A stretch of 64,000 nucleotides of DNA from Eledone cirrhosa (Eukaryota): assembly GCA_964016885.1 (NCBI GenBank), contig OZ024743.1, positions 334,676,001 to 334,740,000 of the forward strand, written 5' to 3'. The notes below the pieces were generated by a model. The model had not been told where the DNA came from and ran no database searches. It saw nothing but the letters and a program-made list of their open reading frames with translations. The first letter of the stretch is position 1. Each line of letters begins with the position of its first letter. Made by a program: the position numbers and the translations under genes. Of the stretch, positions 1-13,785 are shown in pieces.

Positions 1-169
1 GTTCTAACAGCTCTGACAATTCACTGCTTCATATCTATACAGTATCAGATAGAAACCTTACGGGATTTAGTGAAGTCTCTTTACGCTCTAACAAATTCTG
101 TCTCGGTGAACAATACTTCTCCTTCACTTAACTAAGTTAATTCGCCATATTTTACTGCAAGATGATTCA

Positions 170-455
170 ATCGGCTGGAACGTTACTCCCTAAAATGTGT
201 TGTCTTGTAGCAACCGAGGTTAGCTTTGCCTTTCATCCTTACGGGGTCGAGAAAATAAAGTAACGCACTGGGGTCGATGTAATAGAGTTATCACCCTTTA
301 CATTCTGAGTTCAAATCCCGCTGAGGTTAGCTCTGATTTTCATCCTTACGGAGTTGATAAAATATAATACCAGTAATGCACTGGGGTCGATTTAATCGAC
401 TTTCTCTTTCCCCCAAATTTCTGGCCTTGAGCCTATATAAGAAACCATTATTATT
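170..455 (+). mobile_element. tRNA-derived SINE (two partial copies), family abundant in this window
   Basis: B-box-like GAGTTCAAATCC, central GCCTTTCATCCTTACGGGGTCGA..AAATAAAGTAC core, 3' CTGGCCTTG..AGAAAC + ATT tail; same as copy at 50511-50700. Confidence 0.75.
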
Positions 456-1013
456 CCTTAAAGTAGATAAGAAAATTGTTAGAGTTTAAAGTGGATGAAT
501 AAAAATAATTAATTTTCGAAGAAGCCACTTCGGGAATAAAAATAATATTTTAAACAGACGGATAGGGGAAAACAAAACATAAAAATGAAATAAAAATCAA
601 TAAATAATAAAGATATGAAAATATCGAATTCCATTCTGTAATGGATATAAAAATAGAAATATTTTCCTCTCAGACATATTCTGTTATTAGTTTTTATATT
701 GAGATTTATGTGTGTGTGTGTGTGTGTATTTGTGTGTGTATGTGTGGATCTGTGTGTGTGTGTGAGTGTGGGTGTGTGTGTATGTGTGTGCGTGTATGTG
801 GGTGTGTGTGCGTGTATGTGGGTGTGTGTGCATTTGTGTGTGTATATGTAGGTGTGTGTGTGGGTATGTGTGTGTATGTGTGTGCGTGTATGTGTGTGTA
901 TGTGTGTGTATGTGTGTGTGTGTTTGTGTGATATTATCTGTGTTTTCTGTGTATCTTTCTGTGTTTCTGTCTCTGGATATGTTTTCCTGCTGCTGTGTAT
1001 GCACGCGCGCGCG

Positions 1014-1048
<35 letters not shown>

Positions 1049-1308
1049 GTTTACTTTTATCGAGACTTTCCTGAAAGCTACTTGGATGTCAGCCTACTGG
1101 ATGAAATCACAACATCATCATCAAAGATATATTCCAAATCAGAATACCCCTAGAAACCGTTAGATGATATAAGTGGTTGTAAATGGAGTATGTACTGAAT
1201 GATGAATTAGTGTTTAATTATATTACTGTGCTAAAGTAATCAGTACATAACAGCATCATATCTATGGATAAATAGGGGGAAGGTTAGAGAAACACACACA
1301 GTGACACT

Positions 1309-1350
<42 letters not shown>

Positions 1351-1446
1351 TATATATATATAAGTTATTCCAGGTTGAATCGGAGGTAACCACAGTAAGT
1401 AAAATACTCAATACATTGCAGAGTATAAACGTTTTAATATAGACGA

Positions 1447-1495
1447 GCTTCTACAAGACTAAAACTGTTTCATTCGTGAGAAATCATCAGGAAGC
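1447..1495 (-). ncRNA. Type I hammerhead ribozyme motif (mirror copy)
   Basis: gcttc-CTGATGA-tttc tcac gaat-GAAA-cag..ttg-TA-gaagc on the minus strand. Confidence 0.6.
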
Positions 1496-1544
1496 GCTTC
1501 CTGATGATTTCTCACGAATGAAACAGTTCTACTCTTGTAGAAGC
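1496..1544 (+). ncRNA. Type I hammerhead ribozyme motif
   Basis: stem I gcttc/gaagc; CTGATGA; stem II ttc/gaa; GAAA; stem III cag/ttg; GUA cleavage triplet. Confidence 0.6.
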
Positions 1545-1597
1545 TCTTTTATATTAAAACGTTTATACTCTTCTATAAATATCTTCTATATTAAAAT

Positions 1598-1639
<42 letters not shown>

Positions 1640-1702
1640 AGGCAGAACACTGGAAGGTAATATCCGTAATGGTAGAGCACTCAGTCCATGGGACGAGTTT
1701 CG

Positions 1703-1788
1703 TAGAAGTAGTAACACAACAGTTAGTTTACCATACCGAGAACAATTGTTCTCGGTCTGGTGAACTAACTGTTGTGTTACTACTTCTA
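1703..1788. repeat. Fold-back palindrome
   Basis: Inverted arms centred on AACAATTGTT (1741-1750). Confidence 0.85.
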
Positions 1789-2029
1789 TATATATTTTTG
1801 TTAACCTGTTTAGCTTGCTCCGTTTTGGGGGCTCCGGTGACTGATGACTTCACGACAACTGTTTTCATTTTATCTGGCCTTTATAACGTATGTTAATTGC
1901 TCTGGTCTTCTTTTAGTCCATTGAGCGCTTGCCGCATATCTTGAAGATTGCGTTTCGTTTTTTTTTTTGTCCCCCGCCGATATACGATCTCGCTGAAATT
2001 ATATTTGTATGTATATATATATATATAAT

Positions 2030-2140
2030 TATTTCTACTTTTGGCACATGGCCAGCAATTATCCCACCAGTGTTTTATTTTATCGACCCCCTAAGGATGA
2101 AAGGCAAAGTTAACCTCGACAGGATTTGAACTCAGACCAT
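2030..2140 (-). mobile_element. tRNA-derived SINE, partial
   Basis: TTTATCGACCCC..AGGATGAAAGGCAAAGTTAACCTCG..GGATTTGAACTCAGA (reverse complement of the SINE core and B box). Confidence 0.75.
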
Positions 2141-2402
2141 AAATTGAGATTGTAGCCGCAGTAGAGCAGAAACCAATCGCGTTGTTTGAGGCAGTCACAC
2201 TCATTAGCGTGAAAAGTTAATACGTTTTCGTCCAGAGTAAACACAAAGGTAAGATTATATGACACACATGAATAAAACAACCAAGTATGAATGTGGCCCT
2301 AGTTTATAACCACAACTACGATAAATACAAACAGATATATATATCCTTATGTAGTTGACGGCTCAGAGAAAAGAATACCCAACACCGGAGTTGAGTTTTA
2401 AT

Positions 2403-2527
2403 ATTCATTTTATTAAGGCTGAATAGTGAGTCTTGTTACTCTGGAGTTTCTCCTTTTTATCCGGATAAACAGGCGAAACTCCAGAGTAACAAGACTCACT
2501 AACTGAGTATTTACGTTTAATAAAATG

Positions 2528-2530
<3 letters not shown>
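2403..2530. repeat. Fold-back palindrome containing a hammerhead 3' half
   Basis: Arms TAGTGAGTCTTGTTACTCTGGAGTTTC / GAAACTCCAGAGTAACAAGACTCACTA around TTATCCGGATAA. Confidence 0.85.
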
Positions 2531-2621
<91 letters not shown>

Positions 2622-2824
2622 TACATATATATATATAATTATATCTATATATATGTGTGTGTATATATATATATATGTGTGTGTATACACACATACACAT
2701 TTATATATATATATATATATATATAAATATATATATATATACATATATATATATGTAATCTGAGTTTTTCGAATATTAATAAAAATACTCGATTCGATTG
2801 CAATTATGCAAACACGCCTCATTT

Positions 2825-2859
<35 letters not shown>

Positions 2860-2889
2860 AAATGTGTGAGATCCTTGGTACAGTTAGGT

Positions 2890-3048
2890 ATATTTGAAAA
2901 TAAAGGAAAAGCATGTCTTCACTTGTAGTATTAACAAAATTTTGATTTAATTTTATAATACTACCAACTCATAATATTATAATATAAAATTAAATCATTA
3001 TCTTTTAACACTACAAGTGAAGTCATTCTTTTCCTTTTTTGCAAATAT
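2890..3048. repeat. Degenerate inverted repeat
   Basis: AAAGGAAAAGCATGTCTTCACTTGTAGTATTAA vs TTAACACTACAAGTGAAGTCATTCTTTTCCTTT. Confidence 0.7.
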
Positions 3049-3182
3049 ATATATATATATATATATATAAACGATGCACTTCCATGCAGTGTGATCGAAT
3101 TCAGATAGTTGCAAAAACATATATTTCTACCAAACAGCGATATCTGCGCTTATTGATATAGGTAAATATCCACATCACTTAC

Positions 3183-3299
3183 CACATTCTGTTTCATCAC
3201 TGCCATCGACGCAGTCTTTTGTGCCATCACATAAGAGCGATTCAGGAATACATTCAGAATTATTGCAGCGAAATTCTGCAATATAACATGATCGGTATT
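3183..3299 (-). CDS. Host gene exon encoding an LDL-receptor class A repeat ([38 protein letters not shown])
   Basis: 117 bp, tttcag acceptor and gtaagt donor, phase 1-1, six Cys with DCxDGSDE motif; this frame is absent from the ORF track. Confidence 0.92.
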
Positions 3300-4499
3300 C
3301 TGAAAGGAAACAAAATAGAGACACGTATCAGACACAGATATGGTGTGGTATATTTTGAAATATTGATTACTTATTGAAAAGAAAAGATTAGTTGTTGAAT
3401 TAATTTATTGCCACGCTTCATTTTACTAACTCCGTGGTGACAGATAAAATCTTACTCTGTGAAATATGGGTTTTCGAATATCGTAAAACATCTAGGCTAA
3501 CTCTCCTAACACTTTGTATAATATGCTACCATGAGATATTATCAGCTACAAATGATCTCCTACACTGGCGAAATGCTATTATTTATAGAAATATATATTG
3601 GTTCATTACGTGCAGTCCAAATATTTTATTACATATTTTCTCGGTGCGAATTTGCAACAGAAATAATCAGCGTACTAAATCCGGTATTCTACCGCCTTGT
3701 TTATTTTATCTCCTATTTTCATCGTCTAATTACTACAATCATGATTTGTACTATTTCATATATAATTAGTATTTTGATGTTAAATGTCCTTGTCGGAGGA
3801 AATGTATAACGAGAAAAACCTAAAACCTACACGTTGAAGTAGAGAAGCACAATTAGTGTCTAGATAAGATTCACTTGTATAATGAAGCGTCATTTTAATA
3901 GTTTAAACATTTATCACTTGATATATCTGTTATAAGCTGGCCAAACTTTTAAATGTAAAAGTGAGTGATATGGAGTTGCAACATTCATGCAACATTCATG
4001 ATTTTCTAAAGCGTATTGGCATTAGGAGTGGAGTAAAATAGTTACAACTAGAACAATTGAAAAGAGTTTGTCGACTGAGTCTTACGGAATGGAATGAAGT
4101 TTCGTCAGTTTCTACGATGAGTGTTTCAGTTGTTCGACTGACATAACCTGATACGAAATTAACGTATAGGTAGCTGAGAATTCCATAGATACGTGTATAC
4201 TTAATGCAATTCTCAGAGTGATTCAGTTTTGAAGACCTTCTGCTATCCAGCTCTCCCGAGAGTTTCTTACCACTGACTGAGTATGTAACAAAGCTGGCCT
4301 TTAAAATTACAAATACGCTTCATCCGACGGGCTTCTATACAGTTTCCCTTATAAGGCATAGGTCGACCTGAGGTTATGGTAAATGGTATTTGCCTAAAAG
4401 GCTACACAGTGGAATCGAATCCAGGATTGCGAAGGAAATTTCTTCATCATGCTGCATCTACTGGACATTACGGTATTCTGTTATCATATTCATACTTAC

Positions 4500-4616
4500 T
4501 GCAATTTTCCTCGTCCGAGTTATCACCACAGTCATCAATGAAGTTACATATGGCTGTGCTTGGTACACACAGATAGTTCTTGCATTTTGTACGATGAACT
4601 GGACACACATAGGATT
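4500..4616 (-). CDS. Host gene exon encoding an LDL-receptor class A repeat (SYVCPVHRTKCKNYLCVPSTAICNFIDDCGDNSDEENC)
   Basis: 117 bp, cttacag acceptor and gtaagt donor, phase 1-1, six Cys with DCGDNSDE motif. Confidence 0.92.
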
Positions 4617-5342
4617 CTGTAAGAATAAAAATAATTTGAACATGACGATATCTGATGTGATTGCCATGATTTTTAATTAACAATCGCCATAACTTGACAT
4701 AAATTCCAAGCTCCCTATTGCTGCGAGTTATAATTACAATACACAATTAGATACAAAATAAAATAAAGATATATGTAGTACTTAGGGATATAAAATCTTA
4801 GAGTTATTCTTGTCTAGTTTAGTTTCTATCATGAAATAAATTTGAGCAAAAGCTTTTCTTTGTTGCATTGTCACAAGATATTGCTACAAACCAAAGGAAA
4901 AGAAGGGGTGATAAATAAATAAACTGTGTGAGACTAAATCTCAACACTAATTCTGAAATGGTCGAAAAATATGTATAACTTCATGTATGAACTTTTGTTA
5001 AGTTATGTTCCATTATAAATTTGGGAATGTATTTATATTTACCTAAAAACATTCCATCATAATTTTATGTCAGAAAATGTGTTAAGTTATGTTCCATTAG
5101 AAACATGGTAATGAAAGGGTCCAAAGTGTTTACATTTATCTAAAAACCTTCCAGTTAAATAAACTGTCGGAAAGCAGGGCTAATTGGTATCTAGAAATAA
5201 TTATTCAATTATTGAACTGTCCAAATGAATTTATAACAAAGGAATATTAATATTAACTGAATGAGTTTGTCTATATTAAACTTACATGGAATTTTAATTA
5301 ATGTAGGCTCAGAAAATTATAAGGTTATAGATGTTTGTATCC

Positions 5343-5449
<107 letters not shown>

Positions 5450-6379
5450 TACTATTATTATTGTCTCAAGTTTTAACAAAATGTTTAATTCCAATATTAA
5501 AAGAATATGTCAACACATATACGCGACTAACCCCATAGATTCACCGATCAAACAAAAATACAGTCTATTCAACAAAACTCAGTAACGACAACGCCATCAC
5601 TACAGCCACCGCCGCCTCCACCCATCCATCATTACTACCACTATCCCATCACCGCCGCCACCACTCCTTCATTGCTACCACCGCTATCCCCCATTATCTT
5701 CTGTTAACTTACGAAAGGGGAAGGAGGCGGTATAACTAGACAATATTAATAAACAAGATTAATAGTTAATTTTGGATCAGGAATGTTACAGTCGAAAAGG
5801 AGAAAAATGACAAAATGACTAAAGATAATTTCACCACCAACACCACCACCACTACCACGATGAACACTCTGTCTCAAGTCGACTCAACTGGTATTTCTAC
5901 TCCAACTTCAACACCATCACTACAGTACTACGATCACATCACCACCACCACTGCCTCATTATCGCTACCGCCGCTATTCTCTCCCACTACCTCCTGCTAG
6001 TTGCTGCTAGCACAGCACCGCCACCACCACCACCACCACCACTGCCTCATTATCACTACCGCCGCTATTCTCTCCCTCTACACCCTGCTATATCGTAGTG
6101 CCTCCACTAAAAGAGGAAGGCATCAAAATATATAAATAGACTGAATTGATGACCCGGTCAAAATATAAAAAAAACAAAAATCAAAATCAAAGCAGCACAG
6201 CAACAAGGAAAAACGTAAAGAAAAGACAAATGAAGAGAAAAACAAACAGACGGACAGAGAAGGGAAGGGAAAAACTAAGTCAGACATTCAAACATTACAT
6301 TACAATGAAATTTATGCTTATTCATTTTTGTTTTTTTTTTTGCCTGTTTGTTTGTTTATTTATGTTCGTCTACAGCGGG

Positions 6380-9300
6380 ATAATTCCACACAAAAATGAC
6401 GTGGAGTGACGAAATCACCGGGGGTGATGATATCACCGGTGGTTATGTAACCATACATTCGCCAATCCTCGATAAGAGTGTTTAAATGTCGAACCTAAAC
6501 AGTTCGAATAACGGTGAAATGGAGACTAGAATGTCATGTGACAGACTCTCACCCAACAGGTGCTCCCTGGCTCAGCAGCAGGGACCTGGCTGTCAACCAA
6601 ATACTGCTGGTGTCGGAGGAACAATAAGAAGGAAAGGGACCAGAACCAACTGGACGAAAGAATTGAATAGAACTGTTATGCAATGTTACCTGAAGAGTAA
6701 CCCCAAGGAGAAAGGCTATAGGAAACGGATGCATAACATCTGGAACGAGATTGGTCTATTTAAATTAGATGAACAAAAATTGGCCGGGCAGGCTCGGGTA
6801 ATAAGAACTTAGTGTGGATAAGCGAGCTGGAACTGGAGGAACTGAGCAGAGAGATTAGCTTGGAGATGGAGAGTGGAGTATGCCAGGCAAACGAGCTAGT
6901 GGGAAATGAAGGTAAAGAGGTCGAGGGAACGGAGGAACCACCCGAAGCAGACAATGATCTGAATGCTGAGATAAATAATACCTGGAACAGAGATACGGCC
7001 ACTGAGGAGATGAATGCTGACGGGCTAGGACAAGATTTGGTTGATATCCTAAACTTAGTGGTAGATGAATTGAACAATGATAGTGGGAGACCTATGAACC
7101 TAAGATTTGTAGACAGGAAAATGTTAAAAGAAACAACAGCTAAGCTAAACAAAGTCATCCCATACCTTGAGGCGAGGAGCCTTCACCAGTGCAACAATAT
7201 CCTCAAAGCAACAGCAAATACGGTGAGGAAACTACTTCGTATAAAAGCGAGAGGAAACAACAGACAAGAAACAGCAGAGCCTTAGTGGAAGAAACGACTG
7301 AATGGTCAAATCAGAGAAATGAGAAATGACATTGGAAAGCTTGAGTCCCTACTGAATGGGACACTAAAAATAGACTGGAAATAAAGTACAAAACTAGGAG
7401 GAAAAAGGTAAATATTATCATAGAGGAACTGAAGCAACGCATTGTAGCAAAGAGTGCAAAAATCAGGCGATACGAGAACAGAGTCAGTCAGTATAGACAG
7501 AACCGCATGTTCGACAACAACCAGAAGATGCTGTTTGGACAGCTTGAAGGGAAAGAAAGAGGCAACGACTTGATCCCTGAGGCGGAACAAACTAAAACAT
7601 TCTGGAGAGGAATATGGGAGAAGGATGTTAGACACAATGACCAGGCAGTGTGGATTGAGACAGTACAGAAGGAGATTAGTGAACAGACACACCAACAAAC
7701 TGATTTGAGTATCACAGTTGAAACTCTTAAGGGGCAGGCCCCAAAACTAACCAACTGGAAATCACCAGGCCCAGATGGTGTACAGGGGTATTGGATTAAA
7801 AATATAACATCCCTCCACCCGAAACTGACAATCATGTTCAATGACTGCTTGATGTCAGGTGAAGTACCAGAGTGGTTGACAAAAGGTACCACAGTTCTGA
7901 TAATGAAAGACCGAATCAAGGGTAATGATGTTACCAACTATAGACCTATCACGTGTCTGTCCGTAATGTGGAAACTGTTGACAAGCATTATGTCTGAGGA
8001 AATCTACAATCACTTCCACACAAACAACTTGTTACCGGATGAACAGAAAGGATGCCGAAAGAAGTCACGTGGTACAAAGGACCAGTTACTTATTGATAAG
8101 ATGGTAATGAGGAATTGCAAGAGGAGACACACTGGTCTTGCCATGGGATGGATAGACTACAAAAAGGCATTTGACATGGTGCCTCATTCTTGGATCACCA
8201 AAAGCCCGGAGATCTTCAAGGTGGCAGATAACATCAGACAGTTGCTGGGCAGGTGTATGGGGTCCTGGGAGACAGAGTTGACATCAACTGGAGTATCCTT
8301 GGGAAGCGTGAAGATCAAGAGAGGTATCTTCCAGGGAGATAGCCTGTCCCCTCTGTTGTTTGTCCTTGCCCTGATGCCCTTGACCATTATGCTGCGAAAA
8401 GTGAGAGCAGGATACAAGTTGGGAAAGGGAGAGCTTACCATCAATCACCTCTTCTGCATGGACGATTTTAAGCTCTTCGGGAAAAGTGAGAAGCAGTTGG
8501 ATGTGCTTGTTGACACTGTCCGTATTTTCAGCAGTGATATATGTATGCAGTTTGGTATTAGTAAATGTGGAGTCATTGTGATGAGGAGGGGCAGGTTGAG
8601 CAGAAGTAACGGGATCCAGATACCAACAGGTGAGATGATAAAGGAAATTGACTCTGAGGAAGGATACAAGTATCTGGGCGTTCTGGAGGCTGATGGCATA
8701 AAGAACAAAAAAACGAAGGAATTGTTAAGAACTGAATACATTCGGAGAGTAAGGAGCGTATTGAAGTCACATCTGAACAGCAGAAATGCCATAAGCGCAG
8801 TAAATTCCCGAGCTGTGTCTATTATTAGGTACAGTGCGGGAATTCTGAGATGGAATGTTGCTGAACAAAAAGAAATGGATAGGAAGACTAGGAAGCTATT
8901 GACTATCTACAACATGTTCCACAAGAGGAGTGATGTCGATAGACTCTACCTAAGGAGATCTGAGGGTGGAAGAGGTCTTATCAGCATAGAGGACTGTGTT
9001 CAGATGGAGAAAAACAACCTATACAAATACGTGACCTATAGTAAGGAGCCAATGCTCAGAACTGTACTGAAGTAGGGGACAGTAGGCCAGGGGATGTCCA
9101 AGGAGGAAATAACATCAAGGAGGAAGAGCAGCCTTAAGGGAAAATCCCTTCATAGTACCTTCTTTGAGAAAACTGAATTTAGAGATCCACAGACATGGAA
9201 CTGGTTGAGAAGAGGAGACCTCAAAAAGGCTACAGAAGGAATGCTAATGGCTGCGCAGGAGCAGGCCCTCAAAACGAAGTGGTTGAAGCACCATATTTAC

Positions 9301-9970
9301 AAGGAGGAGGCTAGCCCACTGTGCAGGATTTGTGGAGAGAGAGAGGAGACTGTGGCTCACATTGTGTCCGAGTGTAAACACCTAGCCCAGACCCACTATA
9401 AGGGCTGGAGACACGATGTGATGGGCAGGGTGATCCACTGGCACCTGTGCAAAGTAAACAATTTACCACATTCTGAGAAATGGTATGAGCATAGGCCAGA
9501 GGCGGTGATGGAGAACAATCAGGTGAAGGTGCTGTGGGATTGTAGGATACAGACGGACAAAAAACTGGAACACAATAGACCTGACCTGGTGGTTGTGGAC
9601 AAAGAAAAAAGATCGCGTCTGATTGTGGATGTGGCCTGCCCGTTCGACACGAGAGTACAAGAGAAGGAGAGGGAGAAAATTAACCGATACCAGGACCTAA
9701 AGTGGGAGGTGAAAAGGATTTGGAACTGCCATGAAGTCAAAGTGATCCCGATTGTTATAGGCACACTGGGGACTATCTCCAAAAGTTTCCAGGGATGGTT
9801 AAAGAAAATCGGCCCCTTCACGCTTTTTGGAACGCTTCAAAAGGCATGCTTGCTTGGAACAGCAAGAACCCTCCGATACGTCCTGAATATCTGAGGCTGC
9901 AGGTAGTGGCTTGATATTCATTCCAACGGACTTTCCAGTTAACCAACATCAATGACTGAGATTCAAGGAA
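6380..9970 (+). mobile_element. R4/Dong-clade non-LTR retrotransposon, near full length, several stops and frameshifts (family A)
   Basis: N-terminal WTKELN..CY..GYRKRM; RT with SPGPDG, NYRPITC, DYKKAFD, GIFQGDSLSP, CMDD; CCHC knuckle CRIC..ETVAHIVSEC; restriction-like endonuclease RPDL..D..EK..RY; (TAA)n tail. 5' boundary approximate. Confidence 0.88.
7507..9075 (+). pseudogene. Reverse transcriptase segment of the R4/Dong element
   Basis: 522-aa ORF fragment with non-LTR RT motifs; its terminal TAG is GAG in the sister copy at 12889. Confidence 0.85.
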
Positions 9971-9980
9971 TAACAACAAC

Positions 9981-10033
<53 letters not shown>

Positions 10034-10034
<1 letters not shown>

Positions 10035-12787
10035 CTAAGCTAAACTTAGAAAATTGAAAAGAAAATACAGTATAAAATCAACAAGTGACATAGACATGCT
10101 GATAGAAATAATCAAGCAAAAAGTGTCGGCCAAAGCTGCTCGTATAAGGCGCTTTGAAAAACGATCTAGATTCTATAAGGACAATAATATGTCCAAAGAA
10201 ACTTCTACAGAAAAATTGGCAAGTCAACAATAACTGCTAAATCAATACCACCCAGGGACGAAGTGCAAGAATTCTGGGAAAAGATCTGGGCAGAAGAAAA
10301 TATTCATAATATACATGCCCCATGGATAGACAGACAAATGAAAGATACAGCTCACCTTGAGGAACAAATATGGGAAAATATAACAGTTGAACAGTTGCGT
10401 TTGGATCTTAGAAAAACCAGCAAATGGAAATCCCCAGGAAAAGACAAAATACCAACATTTTGGATAAATGCCTTCACAGAGTCTCATGAGCTGTTAGCCC
10501 AACTTTACAATGAAATAGTTAAGGAGCCAGAAAAGATACCATCATGGCTAGTTAACGGCATTGCATACCTGCTTCTGAAGAATGATGAGACAAACAATCC
10601 CCAAAATTACAGACCGATAACTTGCTTGACCACAATATATAAAATGTTAACATCAGTCCTAACTGAATATACATATGACCACCTGATAACAAATGACCTA
10701 TTTCCCAATGAGCAGAAAGGGTGTAAACGAGGTTCATATGGCTGTAAGGATCAGCTTTTGGTTAACAAAATGATACTGGAAGATTGTCATAATAGACACA
10801 AAAATCTATCAATTGCTTGGATAGATTATAAAAAAGCATTCGATAGTTTGCCACACAGTTGGATTGAAAAATGTTTAGAGATTTTCAAAATATCTCCCGT
10901 TGTCAGGAGGTTCTTGTCATTCAGTATGAAGACATGGAAAACGACACTCCTTTTGAATAGTGAAACAAAATCACTGGAAGCTGGAGAAGTCAATATTAAT
11001 TGTGGAATTTTCAGAGTGACTCTTTATCACCGTTTTTATTCTGCATCGCACTTATACCATTAAGTAAAATGCTCAATGAAACAAAACATGGATATAAAGT
11101 CTATGACAAAACCATTAATCACATATTCTACATGGATGACCTGAAACTATTTGCAAAAAATGATGAACCATGCAAGGGCTATTATCCACTGTGGAGCAGT
11201 TCAGTGATGACATTAAAATGGAGTTTGGACTAGATAAATGCGCCAAAGCAACGTTCACCAGAGGAAAGTTGCTGAAAAGTTCAGACATTAATCTTGATCG
11301 GGAGAATGTGATGAGAGAACTTGATCAAGAGGAAACTTACAAATATCTAGGTGTTTGTGAAGGAGACGGAATCAAGCACTCGACAACGAGGGAAAGGATA
11401 AGGAAGGAATGTTACTGCAGAGTAAGAGAAATCTTAAAAACGGAATTGAATGTAAGGAATAGGATCGATGCCATAAACACGCTTGCCATACCAGTAGTAA
11501 CCTACAGTTACAATATCATCAACTGGTCAAGCACAGAGATCCGTAGGCTCGATACAAAAATTAGAAAATTCTTAACCATGCACAGAATGCATCACCCTAA
11601 GGCAGATACAGATAGAATATATCTTCCTAGAAAAGAAGGAGGACGTGGGTTAATCCAGTTAGATATTGCGTTGAAAACTGCAACAATTGGATTATCTACA
11701 TATGATTGGATGATCAAACTCGTTTTGAAACACGAAAGCATCAAAAGATCATACTCCATTACAAAAGATGCACAAAGATACAGTAATGGACTACAAATTT
11801 CAGAAGTCCCATTTACTGCTGAAATGGAAAACGCAGAAAAAGCAAAGCAGGTAAAAGTAACTGCAAAGAAAGAACTGCTACAGAAATTGCCTAAGAAATG
11901 GCAAGAAAAGCCTCTGTATGGAAAATACCCAGAAAGAGCTAACAATCCTGATGTTGACAAAACTTTAACTCATCAGTGGTTGGCATCCTCTGGAGTGAAA
12001 TCGGAGACTGAAAGACTGATTATATCAGCACAAGATCAGTGTCTGCCAACATAATAAAAAATGGATGCAGCCCATTATGCCGTGTATGTAAAAAACAACC
12101 AGAGACCATTGATCATATAATTTCAATGTGCAGTCCTATAGCTCCAACCGAATACCTAAACAGGCATGACAGAGCTGCACAATACATACATTGGATAATG
12201 TGTAAGTATTTTGACCTGCCCCATCAAAAGAATTGGTGGGAGCATCAACCACCTCCCATACTTGAAAAAGATCACATCTCAATCTTGTGGAACTTTAGCA
12301 TCCAAACAGACCGAAAAATAGATGCAAATAGACCTGATATAATACTGAAGGACTTTAAAAAGAGGGTATGCCTGCTAATTGATATGTCCGTTCCAATAGA
12401 CAAGAATGTATCTATAAAAACATTTGAAAAATTAAGCAAGTATAAGGACCTGGAAATAGAAATTGGAAAAATGTGGAAATTGAGAACTAAAACAATACCA
12501 GTGGTTGTAGGCGCTCTAGGAATGATACCTAAGGGGTCTAATGATTACTTATCGCAAATCCCAGGAAACCCGCGTATAGGAGAAATACAAAAGATAGTAC
12601 TAATGGGAACTGCCCATATACGAAGGAAGATTCTGTCAATATAAGAAAATCACAAGTCTAAACACCTAAAGATGCATGTGTGTGTATGTATGTTCTTTCT
12701 TGAACATGGCGGACCTTATTGTCTCTTGAGGTCACTGGTTGTGACTTGGTGATAACTCGTATGAACATAAAGCAAGATAAATGCAAC
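10034..12787 (+). mobile_element. R4/Dong-clade non-LTR retrotransposon, 5'-truncated and frameshifted (family B)
   Basis: ORF pieces 10263-11063, 11000-11233, 11170-12054, 12039-12644 give RT (YMDD), CCHC and RPDI..D endonuclease; (TAA)n on both sides. Confidence 0.88.
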
Positions 12788-12871
<84 letters not shown>

Positions 12872-12877
12872 TATCAG

Positions 12878-13785
12878 CTGTACTGAAGGAGGGGACAGTA
12901 GGCCAGGGGATACCCAAGGAGGAAATAACATCAAGGAGGAAGAGCAGCCTTAAGGGAAAATCCCTTCATAGTACCTTCTTTGAGAAAACTGAATTTAGAG
13001 ATCCACAGACATGGAACTGGTTGAGAAGAGGAGACCTCAAAAAGGCTACAGAAGGAATGCTAATGGCTGCGCAGGAGCAGGCCCTCAAAACGAAGTGGTT
13101 GAAGCACCATATCTACAAGGAGGAGGCTAGCCCACTGTGCAGGATCTGTGGAGAGAGAGAGGAGACTGTGGCTCACATTGTGTCCGAGTGTAAACACCTA
13201 GCCCAGACCCACTATAAGGGCTGGAGACACGATGTGATGGGCAGGGTGATCCACTGGCACCTGTGCAAAGTAAACAATCTACCACATTCTGAGAAATGGT
13301 ATGAGCATAGGCCAGAGGCGGTGATGGAGAACAGTCAGGTGAAGGTGCTGTGGGATTTTAGGATACAGACGGACAAAAAACTGGAGCACAATAGACCTGA
13401 CCTGGTGGTTGTGGACAAAGAAAAAAGATCGTGCCTGATTGTGGATGTGGCCTGCCCGTTCGACACGAGAGTGCAAGAGAAGGAGAGGGAGAAAATTAAC
13501 CGATACCAGGACCTAAAGTGGGAGGTGAAAAGGATTTGGAACTGCCATGAAGTCAAAGTGATCCCGATTGTCATAGGCGCACTGGGGACTATCTCCAAAG
13601 GTTTCCAGGGATGGTTAAAGAAAATCGGCCCCTTCACGCTTTTTGGAACGCTTCAAAAGGCATGCTTGTTTGGAACGGCAAGAACCCTCCGATACGTCCT
13701 GAATATCTGAGGCTGCAGGTAGTGGCTTGATATTCAATCCAACGGACTTTCCAGTTAACCAACATCAATGACTGAGATTCAAGGA
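12878..13785 (+). mobile_element. 3' fragment of R4/Dong family A
   Basis: Nearly identical to 9062-9970; encodes CCHC and endonuclease; flanked by (TAA)n. Confidence 0.9.

Larger units (their letters stand above)
1420..1571. repeat. Fold-back palindrome built from a PLE pseudo-LTR fragment
   Basis: Near-perfect inverted arms around GAAGCGCTTC (1491-1500); flank related to 52225-52310. Confidence 0.9.

Noticed and set aside
641-1074. CV-, YI- and HT-rich ORFs here and throughout the track
   Set aside because: Artefacts of (GT)n, (TA)n and (CA)n microsatellites, which lack stop codons.
1054-1149. Possible further minus-strand exon after a ttctag acceptor
   Set aside because: Stops in all three frames before the candidate donor.
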